Assembly (NCBI GenBank): GCA_951406725.2
Contig: OX597832.1
Coordinates: 24,676,001 to 24,740,000 of the forward strand
Direction of reading: 5' to 3'
Length of the DNA: 64,000 nt
DNA from: Octopus vulgaris
Taxonomy: Eukaryota
Shown here: one piece after another, positions 12,757 to 25,890 of the stretch
How the letters are laid out: the number at the start of each line of letters is the position of its first letter
Numbering within the stretch: position 1 is the first letter of the stretch
Translations under genes and position numbers: made by a program
The notes under the pieces: model-generated
What the model was told of the DNA's origin: nothing
The model's database searches: none
The model's input: only the letters and a program-made list of their open reading frames with translations

Positions 12757-12996
12757 AATTTATCTATGCATCTAGCGTGGCTGTGTGATAAGGGATTTGC
12801 TTCCCAGCCACATGGCATTGGGCGTACTCCTACTGCGGACAAGCCAAAACCCCTGTCAGCCCGTCGTATATGTGTGTGTATATATATATGTATATTTATA
12901 TATGTATATATATGGTTGTGTGTGTTTAAACTATAAAATATATATATATGTATATATATATGTATATATATGGTTGTATGTTTTTAAACTATAAAA

Positions 12997-13173
<177 letters not shown>

Positions 13174-13329
13174 GTGTGTGCGTGCGTGCGTGCGTGTGTG
13201 GGTGTGTGTGTGTGTGTGTGTGTGTATAAGTATCAGTTTTATTGCTACACTGTTCCGGATTCCTCTCAGAAGTAGCGGACAGTGTAACGGACTTATGCTA
13301 CGAAGAAACAATTATATGGAGGCCACGTA

Positions 13330-13705
13330 CTTGGCTTCTATATTATTTATCGACCCAGAAAGGATGAAAAGTAAAATTGACTTCAGCTTGATTTGAATTC
13401 AAAATGTCAAAGAGGAGAAAGCCACATAACATTTTGTACGACACACTAACGATTCTGTAAACTCACTATCCTATGAAGGACTTACTTAATACTTTATACT
13501 ACGGGCATCTGGCATGAAATTGTGCGGGGGGTGGGTGGAAGGGTCAGTTGATAGCATCTACCTCATTGCTGAATTGGTACCTATTTCGTGAAAGGATGAA
13601 AGGCAAAGACGGCCTTGATGGACTTTGAATTCTGACCAGAAAGGTGGATGGAATGCTGGTAAGTGTTTTGCCCGGCGTCCTAATGATTCTGTCAGGTCAT
13701 CGCCT
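13330..13705 (-). mobile_element. Two diverged SINE family C fragments
   Basis: TATCGACCCAGAAAGGATGAAAAG and GAAAGGATGAAAGGCAAAG..TTTTGCCCGGCGTCCTAATGATTCTG. Confidence 0.6.
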
Positions 13706-14839
13706 CCAGGAATGAGATAACGAATAAAGGGAAGATGCATGCTGGTATAGACATCTCTGTTATGTGAAAATTAGCTAAAATGGTGAATTATGAGAGCAAT
13801 ACATCTAATCAAAGAAATAAGACATACGGAAGGAAGCTGCCGTTACCTCAGCCATCGTGAGTCTTCTCGCCAGCATACCTGAGTCGCGTCCCGTTGCTAA
13901 ATCCAATAGATTAATGAAAGTAAGTTTATCACTGAATGACAGTCGGAATAGAATTGCTTTTACTATTTATGCAGCAATAAACAACCAGAATAGATAGGAG
14001 GAATTTTGCAATTCGATGACTTCACAACCGGAGACAGTGTCGATAGCCGATTAATTGATTCTCCTGAGCAATTCTAATACAAAAGTGGAGAAAAATTATG
14101 AAACACGGGAAGGTCGGTTAGGTTACGTTGGAAATCGAAATCTTATCTCAAATGGGAGGCTTCGAATCTGCGCTAAATACGATGTGACCGTCACACCTTT
14201 AACCGGTTTCCCCACCGACTCAGAGTGGTTTCGCAGCTGGTACAATCCACAGCGAAAAATGGTGGTAACTGTTATATTACGCTGCAGAACTGTAGGGTCA
14301 ACATTGTGGATATAAGCTCTATGCACGCTTTGGGTATGGCTGCTTGCTTCTGATCGTAACATACATCTTTTCTGATTGCCGGAATGTGATTTTAAAGCTG
14401 ATATCATCCAGTGAAAACGATTGTATCTGTTAGACTACGTGACCCAGCTGTTGTCTTCTTCTTCTTCTTCTTCTTCTTCTTCTTCTTCTTCTTCTTCTTC
14501 TTCTTCTTCTTCTTCTTCTTCTTCTTCTTCTTCTTCTTCTTCTTCCAATCAGGACTCACGCCATTAGCCACAAAGAATAATCTCTAATTCGAGCCTACTC
14601 TAAGCTTCTAAGAATGCGTGTGGAAACTTGAAGATCTAACCACCACACGCGGTAGACTGGCGGTTGCACGGGCGCGAAAGCTACGTTGTTATCCTCATTC
14701 CATAAACGGTATTTTTTTTAACGGGTGGAGAGCTGAACCATGCTGGGGTACAGAGGATTCGCAATCTAGACTAGGGTCTGAAAGTTTACCACACCATAGT
14801 GGGTTACACCATGATTCCTCTGCTTTGTGGCAGAAGTAG

Positions 14840-15022
14840 GAAGAAAGAGTGAGATAAAGTTGTGGTGAAAGAGTACAGCGGAGTTCACCCCACACCCGCC
14901 GGAACCTCGCGGAGTTTAGGTACTTTTGCTCAATAAACACTCACAATGCCCGGTCTGGGAATCGAAACTACGTTCTTACGACCGAGAGTCCGCTACCCTA
15001 ACCGCTGGGCCATTGCGCCTCC
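14840..15022 (-). mobile_element. tRNA-derived SINE family E
   Basis: Minus strand GGAGGCGCAATGGCCCAGCGGTTAGGG (A box) .. GTTTCGATTCCC (B box), then a non-tRNA body. Confidence 0.75.
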
Positions 15023-15278
15023 CAGCGGTTGTTCGATTGTCTGCCAACATATTGTGACAAATCACGCGCAAGCTGTCTGAGAGTGAGAAGAAGCAAGACA
15101 GAATGCGCTAAAATAATGACGAAGGTCATCGTGAACTGGCTTCAAATATAATCTGCAAGATAGAAATGTAATTTGACACTAAGAGTAGCTACGTAAAGTA
15201 CTTTACATAAAACAGCCGTTGTCTTGATCGACTTTAAGTGTGTCAACTGGTTTGCTAACACGGAAACCAAATTACAAA

Positions 15279-16125
15279 GGCGGCGAGCTGGCAGAAACTT
15301 TAGCACGCCGGGCGAAATGCGTAGCCGTATTTCGTCGGCCGCTACGTTCTGAGTTCAAATTCCGCCGAAGTTGACTTTGCCATTCATCCTTTCGGGGTCG
15401 ATAAATTAAGTACCAGTTACGCACTGGGGTCGATATAATCGACTTAATCCGTGTGTCTGTCCTTGTTTGTCCTCTCTGTGTTTAACCCTTTGTGAGTAGT
15501 AAAGAAATAGGTATTTCGTCTGCCGCTACGTTCTGAGTTCAAATTCCGCCGAGGTCGACCTTGCCTTTCATCATTTTGTGGTCGATGAAATAAGCACCAG
15601 TTACGCACTGGGGTCGATGTAATCGTCTTAATCCGTTTGTCTGTCCTTGTTTATCCCCTCTATGTATAGCCCCTTGTGGGTAGTAAAGAAATAGGTATTT
15701 CGTCTGCCGTTAAGTTCTGAGTTCAAATTTCGCCGAGGTCGATTTTGCCTTTCATCCTTTCGGGGTCGATAAATTAAGTACCAGTTACGGACTGGTTTCA
15801 ATCTAATCGACTTAATCCCTTTGTCTGTCCTTGTTTGTCCCCTCTATGTTTAGCCTTTTGTGGGCAATAAAGAAATAAGAAACGTTAGCACGCCGGGCGA
15901 AATGCGTAGCCGTATTTCGTCTGACGTTACGTTTTGAGTTCAAATTTCGCCGAGGTCGACTTTGCCTTTCATCCTTTCGGGGTCGATTAAATAAGTACCA
16001 GTTACGCACTGGGGTCGATATAATCGACTTAATCCGTTTGTCTTTCCTTGTTTGTCCTCTCTCCTTGTGGGTAGTAAAGAAATAGGTATTTCGTCTGCCG
16101 TTACGTTCTGAGTTCAAATTCCGCC
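15279..16125 (+). mobile_element. Head-to-tail tandem array of SINE family C (about 4.2 units)
   Basis: Units begin at 15279, 15511, 15695, 15878 and 16086; A-box-like AGCTGGCAGAAACGTTAG, B-box-like GAGTTCAAATTCC. Confidence 0.9.
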
Positions 16126-16140
16126 TCAATTCTGAGAATT

Positions 16141-16305
16141 CCACCTCATTTCTGGGAAGAGGGTATTTTCAAGTTAAAAGAAAGATGGAGACGCATTGTG
16201 CAACAAAATGGTTCATATTTGGCTGATTAAAAATGTAATGGCAAGTATTTATTGACCTTTTTCTTTGCTTTAAAAATCGGCACGAACTTTCCGGACAACC
16301 CAATA
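16141..16305 (+). mobile_element. Mariner transposase C-terminus plus right TIR
   Basis: PPHFWEEGIFKLKERWRRIVQQNGSYLAD*, then CGGCACGAACTTTCCGGACAACCCAATA. Confidence 0.85.
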
Positions 16306-16899
16306 TATTGAATTTTCGCTTTATTATCCTCATTGAAAAATTGCAGTTTTTTGGAATACTAATGATTAGTATTCCAAATGCTAGTTCCTTCTTTTTTTTT
16401 CCCTGTCCTATCTTCGAGGATTTGCTAAACACGATTCAAGAACCATATGAGGTGCCAGTGCTTACCATGGTTTGCACTTTTCAGCATTAAGTACAGAGAA
16501 TATAGCTTCTTCACTAAATCTGTGATGTTTCTTCGTTGTTTCTGTAAAGTGTAGGAGCCGCACATGAAATAAAAGTGAAGAAGATCATTGAAAATCATTC
16601 AAGAATTTTCTTCACTCTGAAGACATAAAATTTATTGATCGTTCTTTTTTATCTTTTTTATCATAAAGCAAACATTAAAAGCTGAATTTGTATATGCAGC
16701 TGTCCAGCTAATTTAGTTGAAGCTATTTGAGAGTTTTCTGATATTCTTGTTAATTAGATAATGACATTTCTTGCCAAGAAAGAAAAAGGTAAACATGAGA
16801 AGAAAATTAAACAGGCAACCTTATACATGGTTCGTTCGATAAAATCAATTCAGTGATTTAGAAAATTTCAAAAGTCTTTGAAATTTTATCGAAAATTCA

Positions 16900-17090
16900 A
16901 AGGAGTGGCTGTGTGGTAAGTAGCTTGCTTACTAACCACATGGATCCGGGTTCAGTCCCACTGCGTGACACCTTGGGCAAATGCCTTCTATTATAGCCTC
17001 GGGCCCACCAAAGCCTTGTGAGTGGATTTGGTAGACAGAAACTGAAAGAAGCCCGTCGTATATATATATGTGTGTGTATATGTCTGTGTG
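16900..17090 (+). mobile_element. SINE family B, 5' half ending in its internal microsatellite
   Basis: GGAGTGGCTGTGTGGTAAG..GGTTCAGTCCC..CCTTGGGCAA. Confidence 0.85.
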
Positions 17091-17109
17091 TCTTCAACAC
17101 CAAGAAGTT

Positions 17110-17233
17110 CTCGGAGACAAAGACCTTGCTTGAAGGAACGATCGAAAGTGGAGCAGTCCAGGGTTGAATACAGTGGAGAAAAGATGTCGATGGCATATGT
17201 TCCACAGAAATGGAATGGCTTAAGCAAAGCAGT
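17110..17233 (+). mobile_element. Probable RTE LINE extreme 3' end
   Basis: Translates ..QWRKDVDGICST.., resembling the RTE C-terminal WRxxVDGLCS motif; short. Confidence 0.4.
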
Positions 17234-17653
17234 AAATATCCTCATACGCAAGGATTAGACTAATAAATACTTCCATGTACGAACCCTTTTCTTATGATTT
17301 CAGTTAAAGAAAAATTCATTGCCTTTACACGAACAACGTATTTGAGACAAACTATCCTCATATGTAAAGGTAAAACTCATAACACTACTCACGTAGCAGT
17401 GTAGCTTGTGGTGACACGGTTGGTGTACCCCCAACGACGCTTTTATGAGGACGGCACTTCAAGATATGCTGTATAAGCTTGTCTGATTTGAGATAGCACT
17501 GGTTCCTATTTCTAGCCGATAGAGCGACCAGTTAGAGGCTTCTGATTTGTTCGTAATAAAGAACTCTCATATTTGTTCTAATAGAAAACACACGTGGGAA
17601 TAAATATTAGCTCTAGCTATTAACACTGTTCCTATTGCTAATATATATATATA

Positions 17654-17870
17654 TATTATATAAAATCCGTTCTGTCTGTCTGTGTGCGTGTGTCTTCTAG
17701 GATCTCGGGCATCCTCCATCCGATGGCGCTCAAATTTGATATGTAGACACCGACGGTAGCAGGGCGTGTATAAGTCTTGAAAAAATTACAAAAATCGATT
17801 CCAGGTGAGAATGCGATCGATAAAGCCGTGGGAACGTGCATTTGTACGCGCGAGTACATCAGCTGTTGCG
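17654..17870 (+). mobile_element. Possible Helitron-like non-autonomous 5' fragment
   Basis: TATATAAAAT..CTGTCTGTCTGT..CCGAT..AAATTTG, similar in style to the start of 26134; no 3' CTAG end identified. Confidence 0.4.
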
Positions 17871-18106
17871 ATGTTCTTACTGGTACTTTAAACTCTTCGA
17901 TTGCATATTTGTGTGAATAAAATCGTTTTTCTTTGGAATAGAAAAAAGTCTATCTTTATTTCTTTTTTTGCTGGTGTCTCAAATTTAGGTTAAATCAGTG
18001 TTTCTCAAAGGGGAAGCCTATGGGAAGTCGGACAAGTTTTGAGAAAATTTGGTTTAAATGTTTGACAACTCAGCACCGTCCATTGGACGGTGGGTGGCGT
18101 TTTGCT

Positions 18107-18170
<64 letters not shown>

Positions 18171-18177
<7 letters not shown>

Positions 18178-18694
18178 TGGCAGGGCTTACTGCTAGGAAG
18201 TCGGCCGTATGCTAGAAACAGATCATCAACGATCAAACTACAAGGAAATTCTCTAGAGGAAATTTTATCCCTAGTGTAATCGGTAAAACTAAGCAGGTGT
18301 CTGTCCTGGCACGCAAAGCTGGGGTTAGTTATGTAGTTTACATTACAATGAACGAATGCACTGAAGAAGCACGGACATTTGAATTACGTAAGTAATTCTT
18401 TTGTTAAAGGCCGAAATCGAGGTATGCATTTAATTCTGTTTTTTATATAAATTTTCATCTGTCCTGCCCGCCAAATTTGGTTCTGGCGTTCGCTGAATTT
18501 TTCCTCTAGAGAATTTCCTTGTAGTTTGATCGTTGATGATCTGTTTTTAGCATACGGCCGACTTCCTAGCAGTAAGCCGTGCCAATATACACATATATTA
18601 GAATTTTCTCTGACTTCTCAGATTTTTTGTATGCTGGACTACTGGTTTTAAATTGATATTAAAATTAATATTAATTTATCTCCCTCATTATTTA

Positions 18695-18700
<6 letters not shown>
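18171..18700 (+). mobile_element. Hammerhead-bearing element with a 92-bp inverted 5' arm, between two (TA)n tracts
   Basis: IR 18171-18262 / 18500-18591 (2 mismatches); ~110 bp more unique sequence before the next (TA)n. Confidence 0.7.
18355..18430 (+). ncRNA. Type I hammerhead ribozyme candidate
   Basis: AATGCA-CTGAAGA-[long stem II with apical GAATTAC GTAA GTAATTC]-GAAA-TCGAGG-TA-TGCATT; 6-bp stem I, GUA triplet; base of stem II imperfect. Confidence 0.65.
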
Positions 18701-18752
<52 letters not shown>

Positions 18753-19132
18753 AATACGTTAATGTGGTCATTGTCAAATGCATTTATAAAGTGAAAGGAT
18801 TTCAACACGAGAATTCGAAACTGCGTTGTCAGGTCAACACGTCTATACAGTTTACCTCGTGTACTATTTAATAATGACTCAACGTTAATTACAAACAATC
18901 AATCCGAGATAATGACGTCTGTTGCTAAAATGATTAAATTTCAATGAGACTTGATAAATACGGTTTTGATAACAATGAGTTAAGTATTCTGGGATCTTAT
19001 TTTTTAATCATTCAATAATCAGGAGACGTGACAGAAATAATAAGAAATGGTATATAAATGTACAAACATCGAAATAGAGTTTTACGTACGTAAACACATA
19101 TACACTTACAGACGAAAATACATACACAATGA

Positions 19133-19232
19133 NNNNNNNNNNNNNNNNNNNNNNNNNNNNNNNNNNNNNNNNNNNNNNNNNNNNNNNNNNNNNNNNNNNN
19201 NNNNNNNNNNNNNNNNNNNNNNNNNNNNNNNN
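19133..19232. other. Assembly gap (100 N)
   Basis: Run of N. Confidence 1.
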
Positions 19233-20082
19233 CATTCGCTTTGATAGACAAATGAATACGTAAGAAGTGAAGGATCAAAATGCATTAATTTTGAGAATTA
19301 CCGAGAGGCAGGTTTGTACATCAGTCGCTTTATGTTGTAGTCACACGTTGATAATAGAGTAAAGTACTTTTAGAAGTCATTTATTTTACAAAAAAAAAAC
19401 GACCCAGAAAAAAGAAAAAAACAAATTAAAGGAAAAGAAAAAAAAAGCCACACAGCAGCCTTATATACTTATATATACATGAATACTTGAATCAGTGATC
19501 GGGTTGGTAGCTCTGACGATTTGTAGGCAATAAAGAAAGTATAAATGAACAACAAAAATGGAAGTAAAAAACACAAAGCGAAACCAAAGCGAAATCAAAG
19601 CGAAACCAAAGCGAAACCAAATCGATCATATCAATAAGCATTACAACTGTTCGAATATGAGATATGTATCGGTGATCAATCGCTTGTTCACTTAGTTAAT
19701 TCAAATAATGATGATAACTTGAAAGATGTTAATATTATTGTTATTATTCGTCTCGCGTATTCGTCAGGTATTTTTTTATTAGCTATGAATTGGCTTGTTG
19801 AAATGTGTACAGATTCTCAAGAAAATAGTAGACCACCACTACAACCAACACGAATTTTATTCAATAATGGTCAGTTTCCACGGTCCACTGGACTCATCTG
19901 TACAGTACGCATCACAGGGCACTGGCTCTGTTCTATGCAAAAATATTTTGGCAAAATATCTGGTTGGCGGACGATGAATGAGCCATGTTCTTCATAATTT
20001 CGGCGTCCTGGCAGAATTATAATTATATTACTTTCTCCTTCCTTCTTCTCCCTCTACATTACATAAATAATTATGATTATAT

Positions 20083-20136
<54 letters not shown>

Positions 20137-20159
20137 TCTGTCTGTCTATCTGTCTATCT

Positions 20160-20620
20160 GTCTTTTGTTTATTTTAGTCAGACTGCAGTCATATTAAGCA
20201 CTGCATTAAAGAAATTTTAACCAAAACTTGACAGCAGAACTTAATTTTTTCAAAGTCTGGCACTTATTCCATCGGTCTCTTTTGCCGAACGGCTAAGTTA
20301 CGGTGTGTTTATCTATCTATAACATTTTAAAAGTTGTTTCAGTCATTGTAATGCGGTCATGATAGGGCACAATTTGGAAGGTTTCACCCAAAGAAATTGA
20401 TCCAAGTAATTATTTTTTTCCAAATCTGGTACTTATTGAATCGGTGTCTTTTTGGCGAACCTTTACGATACGGAGATGTAAAGAAATCAAACATCAGTTA
20501 TCAAATGGCATGAGTAGAAACGCAGAGATACACACACATACAAGGTTAAATACACACACAACATACGATAGGATTCCGCACAATTTCCGTCTACGCGTAT
20601 GTTGCGGCCAAAATTGGATA
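20160..20620 (-). mobile_element. Two old, diverged SINE family B fragments
   Basis: ACTTATTCCATCGGTCTCTTTTGCCGAACGGCTAAGTTACGG and a second similar copy near 20430. Confidence 0.6.
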
Positions 20621-21121
20621 GACAGAAACTGCATGGAAACTCATCTGCAGGAATTTTTCCTGCAATTTAAACTTCAGAAGTAGACTTCTGCTCCCATTAA
20701 TTACATCTGGAAATATGGCAGACATACAATAATTATTATTGAACTTTAATCACTTTTGATTAAACGATTAAATGAATCCTAAATTTCGAACAAAAATATT
20801 TATTCCTTTAAAATTGAATAAAACAAATTTTTCAACTGTACATTTGTGATAATAAATATAGCAGTATTTTTGAGAAATTTTATCAATAGAATCGTAACTT
20901 TTTTTTATTGAAAACCTATCTGCAAAATTATATTAATAAATGTGCGTTTTTCTTTTCAGTAATTTATATCGCTTTGTTAAGTCTGTGTTTTTCTTTAACT
21001 CTCTCTCTATATACGACATAAAGCTTGACTTAAGAATCAACCAACCAACCAACGAACCAACGAACCAAACAAAGAAACACATAGACGACATTTATATCGG
21101 CTAATATCTGATAGAGGTAGA

Positions 21122-21495
21122 AGGCGGCTGGTTGGCAGAGCCGTTACTGGGACAAAATGCTTACCAGCACCTCTTCCAACTCTTTACATTCTGAGTTCAA
21201 ACTCAGCCGAGGTCGACCATGTTTTTCATCCTTTCAGGATGTTCTAGTTGAATTCTGGGGACAATATAATCACCTTATCCACTCCCGTGAAATTGCTGGC
21301 CTGAAGCCAAAATTTGAAATCATTACATGGGGACCTAATTGTCGGTATCAACACGAAAAAACATTTGTGGTTATTCATTTGAATAGCTATTAGATCACTG
21401 GTCTCAAATTTTTGGCACAAGGCCAGCAATTTCGGGAGACGAGTAAGTCGTGTACACCGACCTCTGAGTTAAGCTGGTACTTATTTCATTGACCA
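21122..21495. mobile_element. Diverged SINE family C variants in opposite orientations
   Basis: + copy 21122-21325 with tail AATTGCTGGCCTGAAGCCAAAATTTG; - fragment 21400-21495. Confidence 0.6.
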
Positions 21496-22299
21496 AATTT
21501 TAAATATATCTATTGACTTCGATTTCTTGGACTAAAACACTTCAAGGCGGTGCTCTCCGAAACTTAGAGACACAAACAAATAAATAATATAATAAAAAGC
21601 GAAAATACCATGTCGGTATTTCCGTAAATGAGTTTTTCAAGTTTAAAAATTCAATATAAAATAATTCACTACGAACTAAAATATCAGAAAACGTACCAAA
21701 TAATTTACTCAGACAAAAAAGGCGTGAATATAGAAAATATCAGACGTTTATACAGAATGAAGAATTATTTAAATGTCGAAGAAGTTTTTTATATAGAATC
21801 TTGATAATTCAAACATCAAAGATTCCTTTCGTAAGAAAACTTTTCAGAGTTCGTTTTCCGGTGGTGTTAAATATATCTCATCAGTTCTATAGATAACGAA
21901 GTTACGTCAATATTTCTAGGTAGATGGCATTTATAGTTAAAAATTTAACAAAAAAATGTGTGTGCATATATATATATATAAATATGGGGATTAAAAAGTA
22001 TGAAATAGATAATATACTGGTATTATAAATTTACAGACTGTTCTTGAAATGTTTGAATAAATGTAAAACTGTTTTGATGTAAAATGATGGGTTTATATGC
22101 ACGCATACATTCATTCGTACACACACACACACACTCACACACAAACACACACAATTATCAATTATGTGTATGAAAATATGTACATGTATGAATATATACA
22201 TATAAACATACATACACACACATACACACATATATAAAATTATTAATTATATGTATTCATACACACACACACACACACATATATATATATGTATATGTA

Positions 22300-22365
<66 letters not shown>

Positions 22366-22457
22366 AGCTTTCAATTACAATATGCATTCTCTCGCGTACA
22401 TTACCTCGTTCATTTGCATACATCTATATATACATGTAGATATAAATATATATATGC

Positions 22458-23215
22458 TTGTATGTATGTATGTATGTATGTATGTATGTATGTATGTATG
22501 TATGTATGTATGTATGTATGTATGTATGTATGTATGTATGTATGTATGTATGTATTTATGTATGTGTATGTATGTATGTATTTATGTTTGTATGTATGTG
22601 TATGTATGTATATATGTATGTATGTATATATGTATGTATGTGTATGTATGTATGCGTATGTATGTATGTATGTATGTATGTGTATGTATGTATGTATTTA
22701 TGTATATATATATGTATGTATTTATGTATGTATGTATGTGTATGTATGTATGTGTATGTATGTATGTGTATTTATGTGTGTATGTATGTATTTATGTATG
22801 TATGTATGTGTATGTATGTATGTATGTATGTATGTATGTATGTATGTATGTGTATGTATGTATGTATGTATGTATGTATGTATGTATGTATGTGTATGTA
22901 TGTATGTATGTATGTATGTATGTGTATTTATGTGTGTATGTATGTATTTATGTATGTATGTATGTATGTATTTATGTATGTATGTATGTGTATGTATGTA
23001 TGTATTTATGTATGTATGTATGTATGTATGCATGTATATATGTATGTATGTGTATGTATGTATGTGTATGTATATGTTTGTATGTATGTATGTATGCATG
23101 CATGCATGTATGTATGTATGTGTATGTATGTATGTGTGTGTATGTATGTATGTATGTATGTATGTATGTATGTATGTATGTATGTATGTATGTATGCATG
23201 TATGTATGTATGTAT
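22458..23215. repeat. ~760-bp compound (TATG)n microsatellite
   Basis: Direct reading. Confidence 0.95.
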
Positions 23216-23599
23216 AGCGTCGTGGTTTTATGCTAAGGTATATATATAAAAACAATTTAACATTAAACTGAAATTTTACTTAATACTTTTTTGCAGAGTA
23301 AAGATTATTTAACTTTTGAAAAAAGTGACTGTAACTTCGGAGCTTTGATCAGCTAGCTTTCAAGTGACTTATACATACATACATACATACACATATACAT
23401 ACATGCATGCATACATACATACATACATACATACATACATACATACATACATACAAGCCTGGTGACTTATCTCTCGCACAGCCTGCCATCGCATCCTGTA
23501 CCTGCGCGGCTGTGATGGGTTTTTCACAACACTCCGCCTAATCTTGTTTGTTACGTTGAAGAAAAAAAAAAACAATTTTTTCCTTCTGATCCTTTTTTT

Positions 23600-23757
23600 T
23601 TTACTTCCGATCCCTTTTGATCGAAATTTTACATTTGTTTCTTTTTTTTCTTCTTTTTCCTTTTCCATCTCCGAAAAGAAAAGCCCTACATTTGTAATTG
23701 TCCCCTCTCTGTCCAGCCCCGTGTGACCAATAAAGAAAGTTATCTATCTATCCATCA

Positions 23758-23848
<91 letters not shown>

Positions 23849-24075
23849 CATCAATCTATCTATCTTTTTTTTTTATTTTATTTTATTTTTTCATATTTTT
23901 TTATTATTTTTTTTTGTTCTTTTCTTCCCTTTTACGATCCCTCTTGATCGAAAACCTACGCCACCCCCCTTTTTTTGTTTCTTTTGTTTTTTGTTTTTTT
24001 CATCCCCCAAAAGAAAAGCTCTACCTTGTAACTTGTCCCATCTGTGTGCAGCCCTGTGTGGCCAATAAAGAAACT
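23600..24075 (+). mobile_element. Two copies of a LINE-like 3' tail, each ending at (TATC)n
   Basis: CGATCCC..TTGATCGAAA..AAGAAAAGC.CTAC.TTGTAA.TTGTCCC.TCT.TGT.CAGCCC.GTGTG.CCAATAAAGAAA at ~23600-23740 and ~23930-24075. Confidence 0.55.
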
Positions 24076-24089
24076 TATCTACCTATCTA

Positions 24090-24140
<51 letters not shown>

Positions 24141-24141
24141 A

Positions 24142-24176
<35 letters not shown>

Positions 24177-24469
24177 GTTTTATCTATCTATATCTATCTA
24201 TCTATGTCTATCTATCTATCACCCTTTCTTCTCTCTTTCTTTCTACCTCACTCTCACAATGCACACACACACACACATATATGTATATATGCATATGCTA
24301 ATAATTTATAATTTCGTAAGCATGTATTCATAGATAATATTACAAGAAGCTATTCCCAGAAAGTTATATACGAATGCCGATACCTACATTCACGAATACA
24401 CCTTTAATACACTCGATATATTTGTACATTTCTGAGCATGTGAAAAAACGGCGTATATATATATATATG

Positions 24470-24525
<56 letters not shown>

Positions 24526-25454
24526 TAAGTATATATATATATATATGTACATATGCGTAAATGTCTATAAGTATATATACACACGCACGCACACAGGCAA
24601 GCGCAGTCACAAACAGAAACACGTATATACATACTGTTATTGCCAAATAATAGCTTACGTAATGATATTAATATTAATGTATGAAGCGTTGATAAAACTA
24701 CCTTCAAGTTACATTGCATTTCTGACTGTTCGTTTCCGGCGTAGCATTAGTTTAAAACCTGAACAACAACAACAACACAGCAAATAAAAAAAAAGCAACG
24801 ACAACAAAACGAAAAATAAACCAAAAAAATTGCAACATAGATTATCTAAATCAGCTTGAAAATAAATCCTCAACCACTCCAATGTTATCTGGAAGCTTCT
24901 TTACTGTTGTCCATGGTGTAATCTAACTGATATATTTTGTATGATTCTTGATCTACGATTCGGCATGATGTACTAGTCGACAACCGTTTGGGAGAATAAA
25001 AAAAAACAACGGAGATTATCCTGGAGAAAACTAAAATCATATAAAAATAGAAAGAAAAATATGCAAGCAACAGTGAAAAAAAACCTCATGTATTTTACTT
25101 TATTAGGAATAGATTGAAGATACATTGGATGTTTGAGAAAATAGTTGCAAAGTAATCTTTGTTGGCGGTGGTGATGGAGTTTCTGGTTTCGATGACAGCA
25201 TTTCCTTTGATAGAAAGACAGGGAAAAAATAGAAGTATAACTATAATTCTATAGATTATAGTTAGTAAATATTAACGGTACATTTCAGTTAATGAATATT
25301 ACATGCGGAGATTAACTTCGTTGCTGAGTTACACGTACATAAACATACATACACAGAAACACACAGAAACACACACACATTTATAGACATTGGGCCTCTA
25401 TGTAAACACATATAATATATATATATATGTATTTGGGTAGTTAAATATCTATAC

Positions 25455-25502
<48 letters not shown>

Positions 25503-25580
25503 TGATGACATAAACATCTATGTGCGTGTACATGCATACATACGCATACAAAAAATACGTATGCAAAAGTATGTGCATAT

Positions 25581-25620
<40 letters not shown>

Positions 25621-25645
25621 CATACATATATATATATATACATAC

Positions 25646-25711
<66 letters not shown>

Positions 25712-25771
25712 ATATATATATATGTGTATATATATATATATATATATGCATACATACATATATATATATAC

Positions 25772-25835
<64 letters not shown>

Positions 25836-25842
25836 ATATATG

Positions 25843-25876
<34 letters not shown>

Positions 25877-25890
25877 CGTATGTATATATA

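Noticed and set aside
15279-16125. CRISPR-like array
   Set aside because: Units are ~185-230-bp SINE monomers with no unique spacers and no cas genes; eukaryotic context
19575-19620. 11-bp tandem CAAAGCGAAAC (also a 24-bp duplication at ~60443-60490 and a 16-bp repeat at ~54055-54120)
   Set aside because: Ordinary slippage minisatellites with no further structure
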